64,000 nt of DNA from a bacterium (GTDB lineage Bacteria; RBG-13-61-14; DATKZS01), in assembly GCA_963674965.2 (NCBI GenBank), contig CAXXFL010000001.1, positions 1,248,001 to 1,312,000 of the forward strand, read 5' to 3'. Below the pieces are notes generated by a model, which was not told the DNA's origin, ran no database searches, and saw only the letters and a list, made by a program, of their open reading frames with translations. The first letter of the stretch is position 1. Each line of letters opens with the position of its first letter. The translations under genes and the position numbers were made by a program. Positions 20,203 through 30,871 of the stretch are shown in pieces.

Positions 20203-21540
20203 TTATAATAATACCATGCTTAAAACGACGGCGGCCAGAATCCCGCCCGAAAGCGCAAACATGAAGGGATGGACCTCTTTATACCTTCCCGACGCGGCCA
20301 TGAGTATCGGCCAGGTTACGAACCCGGCCACCAGCCCCTTCGAGATGCTGAAGGTCAAGGGCATTATAATCATGGTAAAGAAAGCCGGCAGGGCCTGGGC
20401 GAAATCCTCCCAGTCAACCTTCCTCACGCTTCCCATCATCAGGCAGCCCACCACCACCAACGCTGGAGCGGTCACGAACTCCTTGGCGAAAAGTCCGACC
20501 AGCGGCGAAAAGAAAACGGCGGCGATGAAAAGAAGCGCCGTGATGATGCCGGCGAACCCCGTTCTCGCCCCCGCGGCCACGCCCGCGGCGCTTTCTATAT
20601 AGGATGTTGTGGTTGACGTTCCCAATAACGCCCCGCCAATCGTGCCCACCGCGTCGGCCGTAAGCGCCCTGGTCGCTCGCGGAAGCTTTCCCTCATCGTC
20701 GAGAAAGCCCGCCCGCTCCGATACCCCCACCAGGGTCCCCACCGTGTCGAACAGGTCGAAAAAAAGCAGAACAAATGTCAGGGCCACCAGCTCCCACCTG
20801 GAGAATACCCCGAAAATATCCAGCTTGAAGGCCGTGGCCGACAGGGCCGGTTTCATGCTGATCACGTTTCCCCAAAAACCCACTCCCTCCGCTGGTTTTA
20901 TCAGCCCGGAAACAACGCCCATTATTCCCGCCGCCAGGATGCCGAACAGTACGGCGCCCTTTATTCCCGCGGCCATCATGCCCGCGGTCAAGGCTATGGC
21001 CGCGAGGCTTATCATGGTGGCCGTATTGTTCAGGTCGCCCAGACGCACCAGGGTTACCGGATCGTCCACGATGACTCCGGCGTTTTTTAGCCCGATAAAG
21101 GCAATAAATATGCCGATGCCGGCGGCGATCGAGGTCTTGAGAGACTCGGGTATGGCGTTGATTAACATCTCCCTGGCTTTAATGAAAGTGAGGCCGAGAA
21201 AGATTATGCCCGACACGAACACCATGCCCAGGGCCGTCTGCCAGGGCACGTTAAAGCCCTTGACAATCTCGAAGGCGAAGAAGGCGTTAAGGCCCATGCC
21301 GGGCGCCAGGGCGATGGGGTACCTGGCGGCCAGGGCCATAACCAGCGTGGCCAGAGCCGAGGCGAGGCAGGTAGCGGTCATGACCGAGGCGAAATCCATG
21401 CCGGCGGCCTGAAGAATTCCCGGGTTGACGAAGATGATATAGGCCATGGTCATGAAGGTGGTCAGGCCTCCGGCAATCTCGGTCCTCATGTCCGTGCCCA
21501 GTCTCTCGAACTCGAAATACTTCCTTATTGCCTCAAGCAT
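20203..21540 (-). CDS. NCS2/AzgA-family purine permease
   Basis: TTFMTMAYIIFVNP, LAPGMGLNAFF, FDLFDTVGT, YIESAAG. Confidence 0.93.
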   Translation of the reverse strand: MLEAIRKYFEFERLGTDMRTEIAGGLTTFMTMAYIIFVNPGILQAAGMDFASVMTATCLASALATLVMALAARYPIALAPGMGLNAFFAFEIVKGFNVPWQTALGMVFVSGIIFLGLTFIKAREMLINAIPESLKTSIAAGIGIFIAFIGLKNAGVIVDDPVTLVRLGDLNNTATMISLAAIALTAGMMAAGIKGAVLFGILAAGIMGVVSGLIKPAEGVGFWGNVISMKPALSATAFKLDIFGVFSRWELVALTFVLLFFDLFDTVGTLVGVSERAGFLDDEGKLPRATRALTADAVGTIGGALLGTSTTTSYIESAAGVAAGARTGFAGIITALLFIAAVFFSPLVGLFAKEFVTAPALVVVGCLMMGSVRKVDWEDFAQALPAFFTMIIMPLTFSISKGLVAGFVTWPILMAASGRYKEVHPFMFALSGGILAAVVLSMVLL

Positions 21541-21711
21541 TTTGAACCCCCCTTAAGCCCGGCAATATGGATTGATTATCATGGGAGCGGCGACCTTGTC
21601 AAAATCCGGGTTTTATCTTTTCTCCTTTGGAACATAAATCTCCTCTTGACCTTACTCGGATAATTATACATAATCTAGCTTGGATAAATCCATTTTAAAG
21701 GTAAAAAGACC

Positions 21712-23358
21712 ATGCCTGACATAATCGCGAAAATCAGGTCCGCCATCAATAGCAGCATTACTTACAGGATCGTTATTTTCCTGTCCTTGCTTCTTATTCT
21801 AATCATGGCGGTCAATTATATCCTTGCCTCTCGCGTCAAGGAAAGTTTCCTTACCTACCAGGAGGAATCTCTGATCGTCTACGCCAAGACCCTCTCTCGT
21901 CTTCTCAGCGAGTCCGTGCCCATTCGCGAGGCCATCGTCAACGACGACAGGGAATTGATCAATGGCGCGCTTTCCACCATGCGCGAGGACATTGACGTCA
22001 CCTATATCGTTTATTACCTTTATAATGACTATGAACAAAAAATGACTCTTCTTTACGAGGATTACCCTTCTTCCTATACCAAGGAAGACTTCGATTTTCC
22101 CGCAAAGGTCCTTGATACCTCCGGCGAGGTAACCATAAAGGAATTAAGCCCCAAATCCGACGAAAGCGTCAGGATACTCGACGTAACCAGCGTCATGAAC
22201 AGCAAAACCGGCGAGGTAATCGGCTGGTCGCGCGTGGGCGTTTCCACCGCCCAATCCCTGTCCATGGCCAATTACGTGACGTTTATGGCCATGTTTTCCA
22301 TTGCCGCCGTTTTCGTGTTCGGTTTCTTCCTGGCCTATTACATCTACCGCAGCGCGACCAAACCCGTTATCGAGATCGCCGATTCCGTGAAAAAGGTCGC
22401 CGCCGGCAACCTTGACATAGAGATCGACGAGTCATTCGGCGGTGAAATAGGCGAGTTGGTCGAGTCCTTCAACCAGATGACCCAAAACCTTCGCTCCGAA
22501 AAAGAACAGAACCAGTTGATAATGAACCGCCTCTCCGAGACGATCGAGCTTATTAACGAAACCTCGGGAGACATATACTCGATCAGCGCACAGCAGTCGT
22601 CCGGCGCCACCGAACAGGCATCCTCCGTTTACCAGGCCTCCAGCACCAGCAAGGAAATCGCCGCCAGTTCCAACCGCATCGCCGAGACCACCGAGCAAAT
22701 GGCCTCCGAGGCCAAGATGGCCTCGAAAGCCTGCGAGCAGGCACGTGAAGAAATTCAAGAGGCCATGGCCCAGGTGACCGACGCCTCGAACAAGGTTGAC
22801 GAGGTGGCCAACAGAGTGGTCGAACTTGGCGAGAAGAGTCAAAGAATCTCGGGCATCATCGACATCATTAATGAAATAAGCCAGCATACCAACCTTTTGG
22901 CCCTTAACGCCGCCATCGAGGCCTCGGGCGCGAGCGAGGCGGGAAAGCGCTTTTCCGTCGTGGCCAAGGAAATTAGGCGTCTCGCCGAGAAGACCATCGA
23001 GTCGACCAAGGTGGTAAGGAACCTGATCGAGGAAATACAGACCGCCACCAACTCGACGGTCATGGTTACCGAGCAGAGCATGAAGAGCGCCAAGGAAGTG
23101 GCAAACATCATCTCGCGCATGGACGAGAGCGTTCAGCGCATCAACTCCATGGTCGACAAGACCCTTAAGGCCAGCACGGAGATCACTCTTTCCACCCGTC
23201 AGCAGACGACGGCCTGCGAGCAGATGGTCTCGACCATCATGGAAGTTTCCGAGGTCGCCAGCGAGGTAGAAAAGGGGGCCAAGGAAACCGAGGAATCTGT
23301 TTCGAAGTTACGTGAAATGTCGGGCAGCTTGCTCTCCCTTAATAAGGAAAGACTTTAA
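21712..23358 (+). CDS. Methyl-accepting chemotaxis protein (TM-sensor-TM-HAMP-MA)
   Basis: [48 protein letters not shown]. Confidence 0.93.
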   Translation: MPDIIAKIRSAINSSITYRIVIFLSLLLILIMAVNYILASRVKESFLTYQEESLIVYAKTLSRLLSESVPIREAIVNDDRELINGALSTMREDIDVTYIVYYLYNDYEQKMTLLYEDYPSSYTKEDFDFPAKVLDTSGEVTIKELSPKSDESVRILDVTSVMNSKTGEVIGWSRVGVSTAQSLSMANYVTFMAMFSIAAVFVFGFFLAYYIYRSATKPVIEIADSVKKVAAGNLDIEIDESFGGEIGELVESFNQMTQNLRSEKEQNQLIMNRLSETIELINETSGDIYSISAQQSSGATEQASSVYQASSTSKEIAASSNRIAETTEQMASEAKMASKACEQAREEIQEAMAQVTDASNKVDEVANRVVELGEKSQRISGIIDIINEISQHTNLLALNAAIEASGASEAGKRFSVVAKEIRRLAEKTIESTKVVRNLIEEIQTATNSTVMVTEQSMKSAKEVANIISRMDESVQRINSMVDKTLKASTEITLSTRQQTTACEQMVSTIMEVSEVASEVEKGAKETEESVSKLREMSGSLLSLNKERL

Positions 23359-23613
23359 AAAGTCCTTATAACGAAAGGCCCGGAGCGGTTTACATCCTCT
23401 TGCCATATTGTATATTTTACGTTTTCATCCGCCTAAGGGGCCGCGTAACAATCCGGCGCTGGTACTTTTAAAAAAAAATCCCATCTCCTCTTTCAAACTG
23501 CCCGAACATATCACTACTGCATGGCCCTGCAATTTAGGAGAGTTATGTTAGTAATGAGTTAAAATTGGATTTATATAAAATGTGACCTGTTCGGCTTGGG
23601 CATAAATTTTTCC

Positions 23614-23641
23614 TTGACAATCGGACTCGCTCTGGTAGAGT
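23614..23641 (+). promoter_or_regulatory. Candidate dnaA promoter
   Basis: TTGACA-16 bp-TAGAGT with TGn extension. Confidence 0.45.
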
Positions 23642-23768
23642 ACCCATTCACTGGGGGTTGCGACTTGATCGACCCGTTAATCTTATAGTCGCCGCTTGGA
23701 GTTTTGCCGCCATCATAAAATTCCAGACGGCCGCCAAAAAACAGCCTTAAATTAAATATATGAATCGT

Positions 23769-23801
23769 TTTTCCACGGGTTGTGTATAAACCTGTTGATA
23801 A
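23769..23801. promoter_or_regulatory. DnaA-box cluster upstream of dnaA
   Basis: TTTTCCACG (23769-77), TGTGTATAA (reverse complement TTATACACA, 23781-89), TGTTGATAA (23793-801). Confidence 0.75.
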
Positions 23802-23871
23802 CTTTCTTTTGCTCAAAACGGGAGAATGGTCTTTTACTTTTTTTTATCTGAAGGATTGAAACGGAAAAACC

Positions 23872-25251
23872 ATGCATAAAGAAAAAGTCTGGAACAAGAT
23901 TCTAAGCGAGCTATCGCTCGAAATCGACCAAAACAACTTGACCAAGTTCCGTTCACTGCTTACCCTTGGCGACGTAAACCAGGAAAAGCTCATTATCCGA
24001 GCTTCCAACCGGTTCGTTTACGACTGGGTAAGAAAAAACTATCACAGCCAGATCGAGAACGCCGCTGGAGCGGCCCTTGGCAACAACGTTAAACTCCTTC
24101 TGGAGATCGACCGAAGCCCTGAGAAGATTGATAACGCCGCTCCTCTTTCGTCCGACTCCATTGCTTCCTCTTTCCCGGTCAAATCACCCGATTCTTCCTC
24201 GCGCTTGCCCCTTCCCAAGCATCCCATGCTTGTTCCCGAGATGACCTTCGAAAATTTCATCGTCGGTCCTTCCAACCAGTTCGCTCACGCCGCCTGCAAG
24301 GCCTTCTCCGAAAAGAACGCCAGAAACTACAACCCCATGTTCATCTATGGAGGAGTGGGCCTGGGCAAGACCCATCTTCTCAACGCGGTGGGCAACCGTA
24401 TGCATGATATTAACCCCTCCCTCAAGATCATTTCCATTCAGGCCGAGAGCTTTATCCGTGACATGATCGAGGCCATCCGCAAGGAAAAGATGGAGGAGTT
24501 CAGGAGCAAATACCGAAACCAGTGCGACGTTCTTTTAATGGACGACGTTTACATCCTGGCCGGCAAGGAGAGGACCCAGGAGGAGTTTTTTTATACCTTT
24601 AACGAACTGATCAAAAACGGCAAGAAGATTATCTTTACTTCCGACAAGATGCCTCGGGAGATGACTACACTGGAGGAAAGGCTGAAAAGCCGTTTCGAGA
24701 GCGGCATGATGGTGGATATCCAGCCTCCCGAGTTCGAGACCAGGCTGGCCATCATGAAGTACTTCGCCGAGGTCGAAAGGATGATACTTCCCGACGACGT
24801 TGCTTTCTTTATGGCCGACAAAATCCGCTCCAACATCAGAAAACTCAAAGGCTGCATGATAAGGCTCGCGGCCCTCAGTTCTCTTTCCGGTACTCCTATA
24901 ACTTTGGACTTGGCCAACGACATCATGATGGCCATCATCGAGGACGAGGATTCAAAGCTCACTTCAGAACTCATTATGAAAATCGTGGCCGATTACTTCA
25001 AGATCAAGGTATCCGATCTTAAATCTCCCAAGCGAAACAGAAAGTACACCGTGCCCAGGCAGATAGCCATGTATCTTTGCCGGCAGCTCTGCGATATGTC
25101 TTTTCCCGAGATCGGCCAGGCCTTCGGGGGAAGGGACCACTCGACCGTTATCCATTCCTGTAAGAAGATAGGCGTCGAGAAGAATACCGATCGCGAACTC
25201 GAAAGACATATCGATTGCCTTAAAAAGCAGCTTAAAATAAACCACTCGTAA
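23872..25251 (+). CDS. dnaA: Chromosomal replication initiator DnaA
   Basis: All four domains; YNPMFIYGGVGLGKTHLL, MDD, RLKSRF, PRQIAMYL, GGRDHSTVIH. Confidence 0.98.
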   Translation: MHKEKVWNKILSELSLEIDQNNLTKFRSLLTLGDVNQEKLIIRASNRFVYDWVRKNYHSQIENAAGAALGNNVKLLLEIDRSPEKIDNAAPLSSDSIASSFPVKSPDSSSRLPLPKHPMLVPEMTFENFIVGPSNQFAHAACKAFSEKNARNYNPMFIYGGVGLGKTHLLNAVGNRMHDINPSLKIISIQAESFIRDMIEAIRKEKMEEFRSKYRNQCDVLLMDDVYILAGKERTQEEFFYTFNELIKNGKKIIFTSDKMPREMTTLEERLKSRFESGMMVDIQPPEFETRLAIMKYFAEVERMILPDDVAFFMADKIRSNIRKLKGCMIRLAALSSLSGTPITLDLANDIMMAIIEDEDSKLTSELIMKIVADYFKIKVSDLKSPKRNRKYTVPRQIAMYLCRQLCDMSFPEIGQAFGGRDHSTVIHSCKKIGVEKNTDRELERHIDCLKKQLKINHS

Positions 25252-25289
25252 ACTCGGAGGTGAAATGTCGTCCGTTTCCTTATATTCGC

Positions 25290-25554
25290 CTTTCGTCGAG
25301 GCATCCGTTGATATTTACCCTGTTAACTACAGTATCAACAACTTTGTAGGTAACCTGTTGAAAGTCGTCTCAACCTTCTCCACAACTGGTATCCACAATT
25401 TTTCCACGGGCCTTTCAAGCCTTTTAGAATACATGTCAAAAACGTCTAAGTCTTTGCGTTCACAAGTAGCCTTTCCATTCAACCCAGGCTTTTTAACATA
25501 ACCACTGGCTTTACTGTTAGTGTATTTTTTGATAATTAAATATATGAATATAAA
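25290..25554. other. Probable replication origin (oriC unwinding region) in the dnaA-dnaN spacer
   Basis: Degenerate DnaA boxes GTATCAACA 25332, TGTTGAAAG 25356, TTCTCCACA 25376, GTATCCACA 25389, TTTTCCACG 25400; box-GGC-trio-like tract and AT-rich run at 25490-25554. Confidence 0.75.
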
Positions 25555-25597
25555 GACGGCTGTTGAACGTACACCGGAATAACATGGAGGAGCATGG

Positions 25598-26707
25598 ATG
25601 GAACTTACTATCGAAAGGGACGCTTTTATAAAGATACTGGGAAAAGTACAAGGCATCGTGGAGAAAAGAAACGCCATGCCCATACTGAGCAATACGCTGC
25701 TTCGAGCCTCTGACCAGAGTCTCGAGATACTGGCCACGGACCTCGAGGCCACCGTTATCGACACCTGCCCGGTGGACCTGTCCGAGGAGGGTTCAGTAAC
25801 GCTTAACGCCAAGAAGCTTTTCGAGATAGTCAAGGAAATGCCTGATGGTCCATTGTTTTTAAAGTCCGATGACGAATATCACGTCGAGGTAAAAAGCGGC
25901 AAGGTAAGATACGAGATAATGGGCATGTCCAGCGACGATTACCCGAAAATTCCCGATCCCTCGGACTTTTCCTTTATCTCGGTCCCGGGTCCCTTGCTTT
26001 ACGAGATGATCCATAAAACCATCTACGCCACGGCCGGTGAGGAGGCCAGGTTTTCCCTTAACGGCGTTCTTTTCGAGAAGACCGAGGAAGGTGAAGGGGT
26101 CCGCATGGTGGCGACAGACGGGCACAGGCTGGCCAAAATCGAGCGCATGATCGAGGGAGCTGGTAACATAGCCGTCGAAAAGCAGGTAATCCTTCCCAGG
26201 AAGGGCATGTCCGAGTCCATGAAGCTTCTCGATGGGGTCGAGAACGAGGTGGGTCTGGCCATCAAGGAAAAACAGGCGGCCGTGAAAATAGGGGATACCG
26301 TGCTGATTATGAGGCTGGTTGACGGCAAGTTCCCCGATTACAGGAAAGTTATCATCGAGGGATGCGACCAGAAGGCCACGGCTTCCAAGGAAGAGCTTAT
26401 AAGGAATTTAAGAAGGGCGTCCCTCATGGTGGACGACAAGGCAAGGGCAGTTAAGTTCGAGTTCACGCCGGGAAACTTGAGACTCGAGAGCAAGAATATT
26501 AACGGAAGCTCATCAAGCGAACTCGATATAGATTACGATGGCGATAAGATGTCCATCGGTTTTAACGACAGGTATTTCGTGGACATTATGAACGCCACTA
26601 AAAGCGAGAAGATCGAAATAAACTTAAGGGACGAGCAGTCGCCGGCTCTCGTTACGATTCCGGACGAGGAAAATTACGTCTGCGTCATCATGCCCATGAG
26701 GCTGTGA
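25598..26707 (+). CDS. dnaN: DNA polymerase III beta sliding clamp
   Basis: ATDLE, VATDGHRL, RLVDGKFPDY, C-terminal IMPMRL; follows dnaA. Confidence 0.97.
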   Translation: MELTIERDAFIKILGKVQGIVEKRNAMPILSNTLLRASDQSLEILATDLEATVIDTCPVDLSEEGSVTLNAKKLFEIVKEMPDGPLFLKSDDEYHVEVKSGKVRYEIMGMSSDDYPKIPDPSDFSFISVPGPLLYEMIHKTIYATAGEEARFSLNGVLFEKTEEGEGVRMVATDGHRLAKIERMIEGAGNIAVEKQVILPRKGMSESMKLLDGVENEVGLAIKEKQAAVKIGDTVLIMRLVDGKFPDYRKVIIEGCDQKATASKEELIRNLRRASLMVDDKARAVKFEFTPGNLRLESKNINGSSSSELDIDYDGDKMSIGFNDRYFVDIMNATKSEKIEINLRDEQSPALVTIPDEENYVCVIMPMRL

Positions 26708-26799
26708 AGTATTCCTGGTTGGACAAAGACGCCTTTTAATATGACGCAAAACTCTATCATGGCCGAGGAAGGAATTTTCCTTCCTCAGGACCAGCCGTT

Positions 26800-27948
26800 A
26801 TGACCAGACCAACCATCGCATATATAAATCTCGAAGCGCTTATAAACAACTTCCAGGTCATCAAATCTCTTCTGATCGAATCGGGAAGAGATGAAAACTC
26901 CGTTATTTGCGCCGTCAAGGCCAACGCTTATGGCCATGGAGCGATAAGGATTACGCGGACCCTTGAGGAAGCTGGAGCTCGTTTTTTCGCCGTTTCCTGC
27001 ATCGAGGAGGCCGTCGAGCTTCGAGAGGCTGGTATCGAATCCGATATTTTAGTCCTCAGTCCAGTTAGGTCTGGCGAGGTAAAGGAACTCCTGAAAGGTC
27101 GATTTATCGGCGTCCTTATTGGAGAGGAAGATATTGAAATCATCGAGAATGAAATATCAAATATAAAAGCAGCCCATTCTCCTCTTCAACTTTTCTTGAA
27201 AATCGATACGGGAATGGGACGCGCGGGCATCTTTCCCGAGCAGCTCGAGTCTTTTGCCGTTCGCGCCAACTCATGCCCTTTGATTAAGGTTACCGGCCTT
27301 CTATCTCATCTTTCATGCGCCGGCGGCGGGGATGAGGATGACCAAAAATATACGATGACTCAAATAGAAGATTTTGAACTGGCTATCAAAACGTCCCGTT
27401 CATTATTTAAAGATATAAAACATTATTCCCTGGCCAATTCGGCTGGAATAATATCCTTTCCGAAATCCATGGTGGGACTCGTAAGACCAGGAATAGCCCT
27501 TTATGGCGTAAGTCCTTTTAATGACGATATTTCCTCTCTCGGCTTCAAGCCCGTAATGAGCGTCGAGACAAAGATAGACAGGATTCGGGATTTTCCCGCC
27601 GGCTCTTGTATTTCTTATGGACGCGTGACAAAACTGAAAAGACCTTCCCGAGTGGCTATGATTCCCATCGGCTACGAGGACGGACTGCAAAGAAGGCTAA
27701 GCCCCGGATTCAACCTTGGAGTAAGGGGAAAACCCGCGCCCATACTGGGAGTGGTTACCATGGATTACGCCATGATAGACGTAACGGACATTAAAGACGC
27801 CGCGCCTGAAGACAGGGTCCTGGTTTTGGGTAGAGAGGGTAATCTTAGGATTTGCGCCGAGGATCACGCCGCTCGAGCCGGTACCATCGCCTATGAAATT
27901 CTTACCTCAATAGGAAACAGGGTCAGAAGGATTTACACGAACGGCTAG
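26800..27948 (+). CDS. alr: Alanine racemase
   Basis: AVKANAYGHG PLP lysine, KIDTGMGRAG, VRPGIALYG, ISYG, TIAYE. Confidence 0.95.
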   Translation: MTRPTIAYINLEALINNFQVIKSLLIESGRDENSVICAVKANAYGHGAIRITRTLEEAGARFFAVSCIEEAVELREAGIESDILVLSPVRSGEVKELLKGRFIGVLIGEEDIEIIENEISNIKAAHSPLQLFLKIDTGMGRAGIFPEQLESFAVRANSCPLIKVTGLLSHLSCAGGGDEDDQKYTMTQIEDFELAIKTSRSLFKDIKHYSLANSAGIISFPKSMVGLVRPGIALYGVSPFNDDISSLGFKPVMSVETKIDRIRDFPAGSCISYGRVTKLKRPSRVAMIPIGYEDGLQRRLSPGFNLGVRGKPAPILGVVTMDYAMIDVTDIKDAAPEDRVLVLGREGNLRICAEDHAARAGTIAYEILTSIGNRVRRIYTNG

Positions 27949-27981
27949 GTTTTTGAGAGCATATAGACTTTTGGAGGGTCC

Positions 27982-29259
27982 ATGAAAGTATTGGTGGTAG
28001 GTTCCGGAGGAAGGGAGCACGCGCTTTGCTACAAAATATCCGCTTCCGACCAAGTTGAAGAGGTATACTGCGCTCCCGGGAACGGCGGCATATCCGAGCA
28101 GGCAAAGCTTCTTGAATTGTCCGCGATCGATCTGGATGGAATTGTCAAGGCATCTCATGACCTATCCATCGACCTGGTGGTGGTGGGACCGGAGGATCCG
28201 CTCTCGAAGGGACTTACCGACGCTCTGGAGGCTGAGGGCAAGTTGGTATTCGGCTGCTCGGGAAAGGCCGCGAGGCTTGAGGGCAGCAAGGTTTTCGCTA
28301 AAAAGCTTATGCGGGACAAAGGCATACCAACTGGCGACTTCGAGGCCTTCGAGGATAAAAAAGAAGCCGAGAAATTCGTAAGAGGCTATAAAGGCAAGCT
28401 GGTTGTAAAGGCCGACGGCCTGGCCGCGGGCAAGGGAGTAATGGTATGCGATAACGAAAGTGAGGCCCTTTCCGCCGTCGATTTGGTGATGGGCCAGAAG
28501 GCCTTCGGAGGCGCGGGCGATAAAGTACTCATCGAGGAGCGACTTTTCGGGGAGGAGGCAAGCTTTCTCGTTTTTACCGATGGAAAGAACATTGTTCCAC
28601 TTGCGGGCTCGCAGGACCATAAAGCCGTTTACGATGGCGATAAGGGGCCCAACACGGGTGGAATGGGAGCTTACTCTCCCGCGCCCGTAATTGACGATAA
28701 GATGCATGATCGGGTTATCAATGAAGTTATTACTCCAACCATCGAGGCCATGAACGAGAGGGGAATACCATATAAAGGCGTGCTTTACGCGGGCCTTATG
28801 ATAACCGAGCACGGACCCCAGGTGCTCGAGTTCAACTGCAGGTTCGGCGACCCCGAGACTCAGCCTCTTCTTTTCAGAATGAAAAGCGACATTATTGATT
28901 TCCTTCTGGCTTGCGCCAGGGCGGACGGGTCCTTGTCGAGTCTTGAAATTGAATGGGGAGACCCGACCGTTTGCGTGGTCATGGCAAGCAAGGGTTATCC
29001 GGGAAATTACGAGAAAGGCAAGGTAATATCCGGCATCGAGGAGGCCAACAAGATAGACGGCGCTTACGTTTTCCACGCGGGCACGGATAAAAAAGACGGC
29101 AAGATTCTAACCTCGGGCGGACGGGTCCTTGGCGTAACCGCCTCGGGACCGGATATTAAAAAAGCCATCGACAAAGCCTATAAGGCGGTAATGAAAATCT
29201 CGTGGGAAGGCGCCTACTACAGGAAAGACATAGGACAAAAAGCCCTCGGGCGTAAATAG
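27982..29259 (+). CDS. purD: Phosphoribosylamine-glycine ligase
   Basis: VGSGGREHAL, VKADGLAAGKGV, GPNTGGMGAYSP, EFNCRFGDPETQ. Confidence 0.98.
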   Translation: MKVLVVGSGGREHALCYKISASDQVEEVYCAPGNGGISEQAKLLELSAIDLDGIVKASHDLSIDLVVVGPEDPLSKGLTDALEAEGKLVFGCSGKAARLEGSKVFAKKLMRDKGIPTGDFEAFEDKKEAEKFVRGYKGKLVVKADGLAAGKGVMVCDNESEALSAVDLVMGQKAFGGAGDKVLIEERLFGEEASFLVFTDGKNIVPLAGSQDHKAVYDGDKGPNTGGMGAYSPAPVIDDKMHDRVINEVITPTIEAMNERGIPYKGVLYAGLMITEHGPQVLEFNCRFGDPETQPLLFRMKSDIIDFLLACARADGSLSSLEIEWGDPTVCVVMASKGYPGNYEKGKVISGIEEANKIDGAYVFHAGTDKKDGKILTSGGRVLGVTASGPDIKKAIDKAYKAVMKISWEGAYYRKDIGQKALGRK

Positions 29260-29270
29260 GCGGACCCCTT

Positions 29271-30002
29271 TTGAAACTGGAAATCTGCCAGGATAAAAAA
29301 GACCTTGGCATAAAGGCCGCGTCACGGGGAGCGGGGCTTATAAAAAGGGCCATAAGCGAAACAGGATCGGCCCGGATAATTCTCGCCACCGGCGCCTCAC
29401 AGTTCGAGACCCTGTCGCGCCTCGTTTCCGAGCCGGACGTGGACTGGAAAAAAGTCATTGCCTTCCATCTCGATGAATACGTTGGTCTTCCTTTTTCCCA
29501 CCCGGCCTCTTTCCGAAAGTACTTGAAGGAGAGGTTCGCCGACAAGGTACCAATCGGAAGCTTCGTCTATATCGACGGCGAGAATAACCCGGAAAAAGAA
29601 TTGAAGAGGCTGGGAAGACTGATCGAGTCCGCTCCCGTTGACGTGGCCTTCGTTGGGGTGGGCGAAAACGGCCATCTCGCCTTTAACGACCCGCCGGCCG
29701 ATTTCAATACTGACGAACCCTATATAATCGTTCGGCTAAACCGTGAATGTAAGCGCCAGCAGGTGGGCGAGGGCTGGTTCGGCTCGGTAGCCGAAGTCCC
29801 TGACAAGGCTATATCCATGTCTATAAGGCAAATAATGCGGAGCCAAAAAATTATCTGCGCCGTGCCCGACCTCCGAAAAGCCCGGGCCGTAAAGAACTGC
29901 TTTCAGGGCGACGTAACGCCGAACGCTCCCGCCTCAATATTGAGGGAACATGATATGTCCTTTGTTTTCCTGGACCGCGAGTCTTCTTCGATGCTGGATT
30001 AA
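29271..30002 (+). CDS. nagB: Glucosamine-6-phosphate deaminase family protein
   Basis: LATGASQ, FHLDEY, GVGENGHLAFNDP, PASIL. Confidence 0.85.
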   Translation: MKLEICQDKKDLGIKAASRGAGLIKRAISETGSARIILATGASQFETLSRLVSEPDVDWKKVIAFHLDEYVGLPFSHPASFRKYLKERFADKVPIGSFVYIDGENNPEKELKRLGRLIESAPVDVAFVGVGENGHLAFNDPPADFNTDEPYIIVRLNRECKRQQVGEGWFGSVAEVPDKAISMSIRQIMRSQKIICAVPDLRKARAVKNCFQGDVTPNAPASILREHDMSFVFLDRESSSMLD

Positions 30003-30025
30003 GGGGAGATGATCAGGGAGTTATA

Positions 30026-30655
30026 TTACCATCTCTCGTGGGATATGAGCCCGAGGACCTTGCTCAGGTGTTTGATAAGGGCTTCCTTGTTGTCCACCGG
30101 ACCCAAAGTGGCGTACTTGGCGGGGTTCAGATACCTTATGACTTTCTTGAAGGTGTCGTCGCATGGCTTGTTGGTCAGAAACAGTATGGGTATGGTATCG
30201 TGTTCCTGATAGGTCCTTTCGATGGCCCTTAGGCCTATCATGGCGTTAATACCATTCAGAAATGGCATGGGCACGTCCGTAACCACAAGGTCGAGCCTAC
30301 CGTTGCCGCCGCGGTTTTCGACCTCGCCGATGACGTGGACGATCATTTCCTCGCCGTTTTCTTTGGAGACGACCCGGCGGGCAAGTTGCTTTTCCGTCAT
30401 TTTATCCACCAGGAGTTGGCGGATGCCGGGAGAATATCCCACTACCATGATGGTATCGAGGTTTGGAATGCTGATGGAATCGTCGGTAAAACTTACTTCA
30501 TCGAGCGATATGGTTTTTTCCTCGGGTTCTTCTTTAATGATGGAACCGCACATACTGCAACGCGGAACGCGTTTACCCTGCGGTCCCATCGCGAAGACGA
30601 TCTCGGACTCGTTCTGGCAATTGTCGCAAAAGACTCTTTCACCCGGTTTCGGCAT
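30026..30655 (-). CDS. Zn-ribbon plus atypical receiver-domain protein
   Basis: CDNC...CSMC at the N-terminus; LDLVVTDVPMPFLNG and IPILFLT receiver motifs; TTGACA-17-TATACT promoter upstream. Confidence 0.75.
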   Translation of the reverse strand: MPKPGERVFCDNCQNESEIVFAMGPQGKRVPRCSMCGSIIKEEPEEKTISLDEVSFTDDSISIPNLDTIMVVGYSPGIRQLLVDKMTEKQLARRVVSKENGEEMIVHVIGEVENRGGNGRLDLVVTDVPMPFLNGINAMIGLRAIERTYQEHDTIPILFLTNKPCDDTFKKVIRYLNPAKYATLGPVDNKEALIKHLSKVLGLISHERW

Positions 30656-30871
30656 GGACCCTCGCTATGAAGTATAGAATAAATTTGGGTTTTTGTCAAA
30701 ATACTCCGTTAATTTTATTGAACAAAAGACAATTGGCGGACGGGAGCTTCCCCCCAAACCTGTCGTTGCATCTGGAAGCTCACCGTCCGCGCCCTGTTTT
30801 TGTGTCTGTAAGAATAGACGGGCAAGAAAAAATATTCTTGCACAAAATTATGGTATTTTAACGGGGGTGAA

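Noticed and set aside
21541-21711. Purine riboswitch upstream of the NCS2 permease
   Set aside because: A TTGACA-17-GATAAT promoter lies only about 35 nt before the start codon and no aptamer core is recognisable
23359-23871. rpmH or another small gene upstream of dnaA (81-aa ORF 23571-23816)
   Set aside because: No MKRT-like L34 sequence was found; the ORF overlaps DnaA boxes and the promoter and has no family features
25265-25833. ORFs in the dnaA-dnaN spacer
   Set aside because: Better explained as origin DNA and the antisense frame of dnaN
26765-26786. Hairpin GAGGAAGGA-ATTT-TCCTTCCTC before alr
   Set aside because: A real stem, but with no U-tract, and the alr SD (AGGA) lies outside it; no function can be argued
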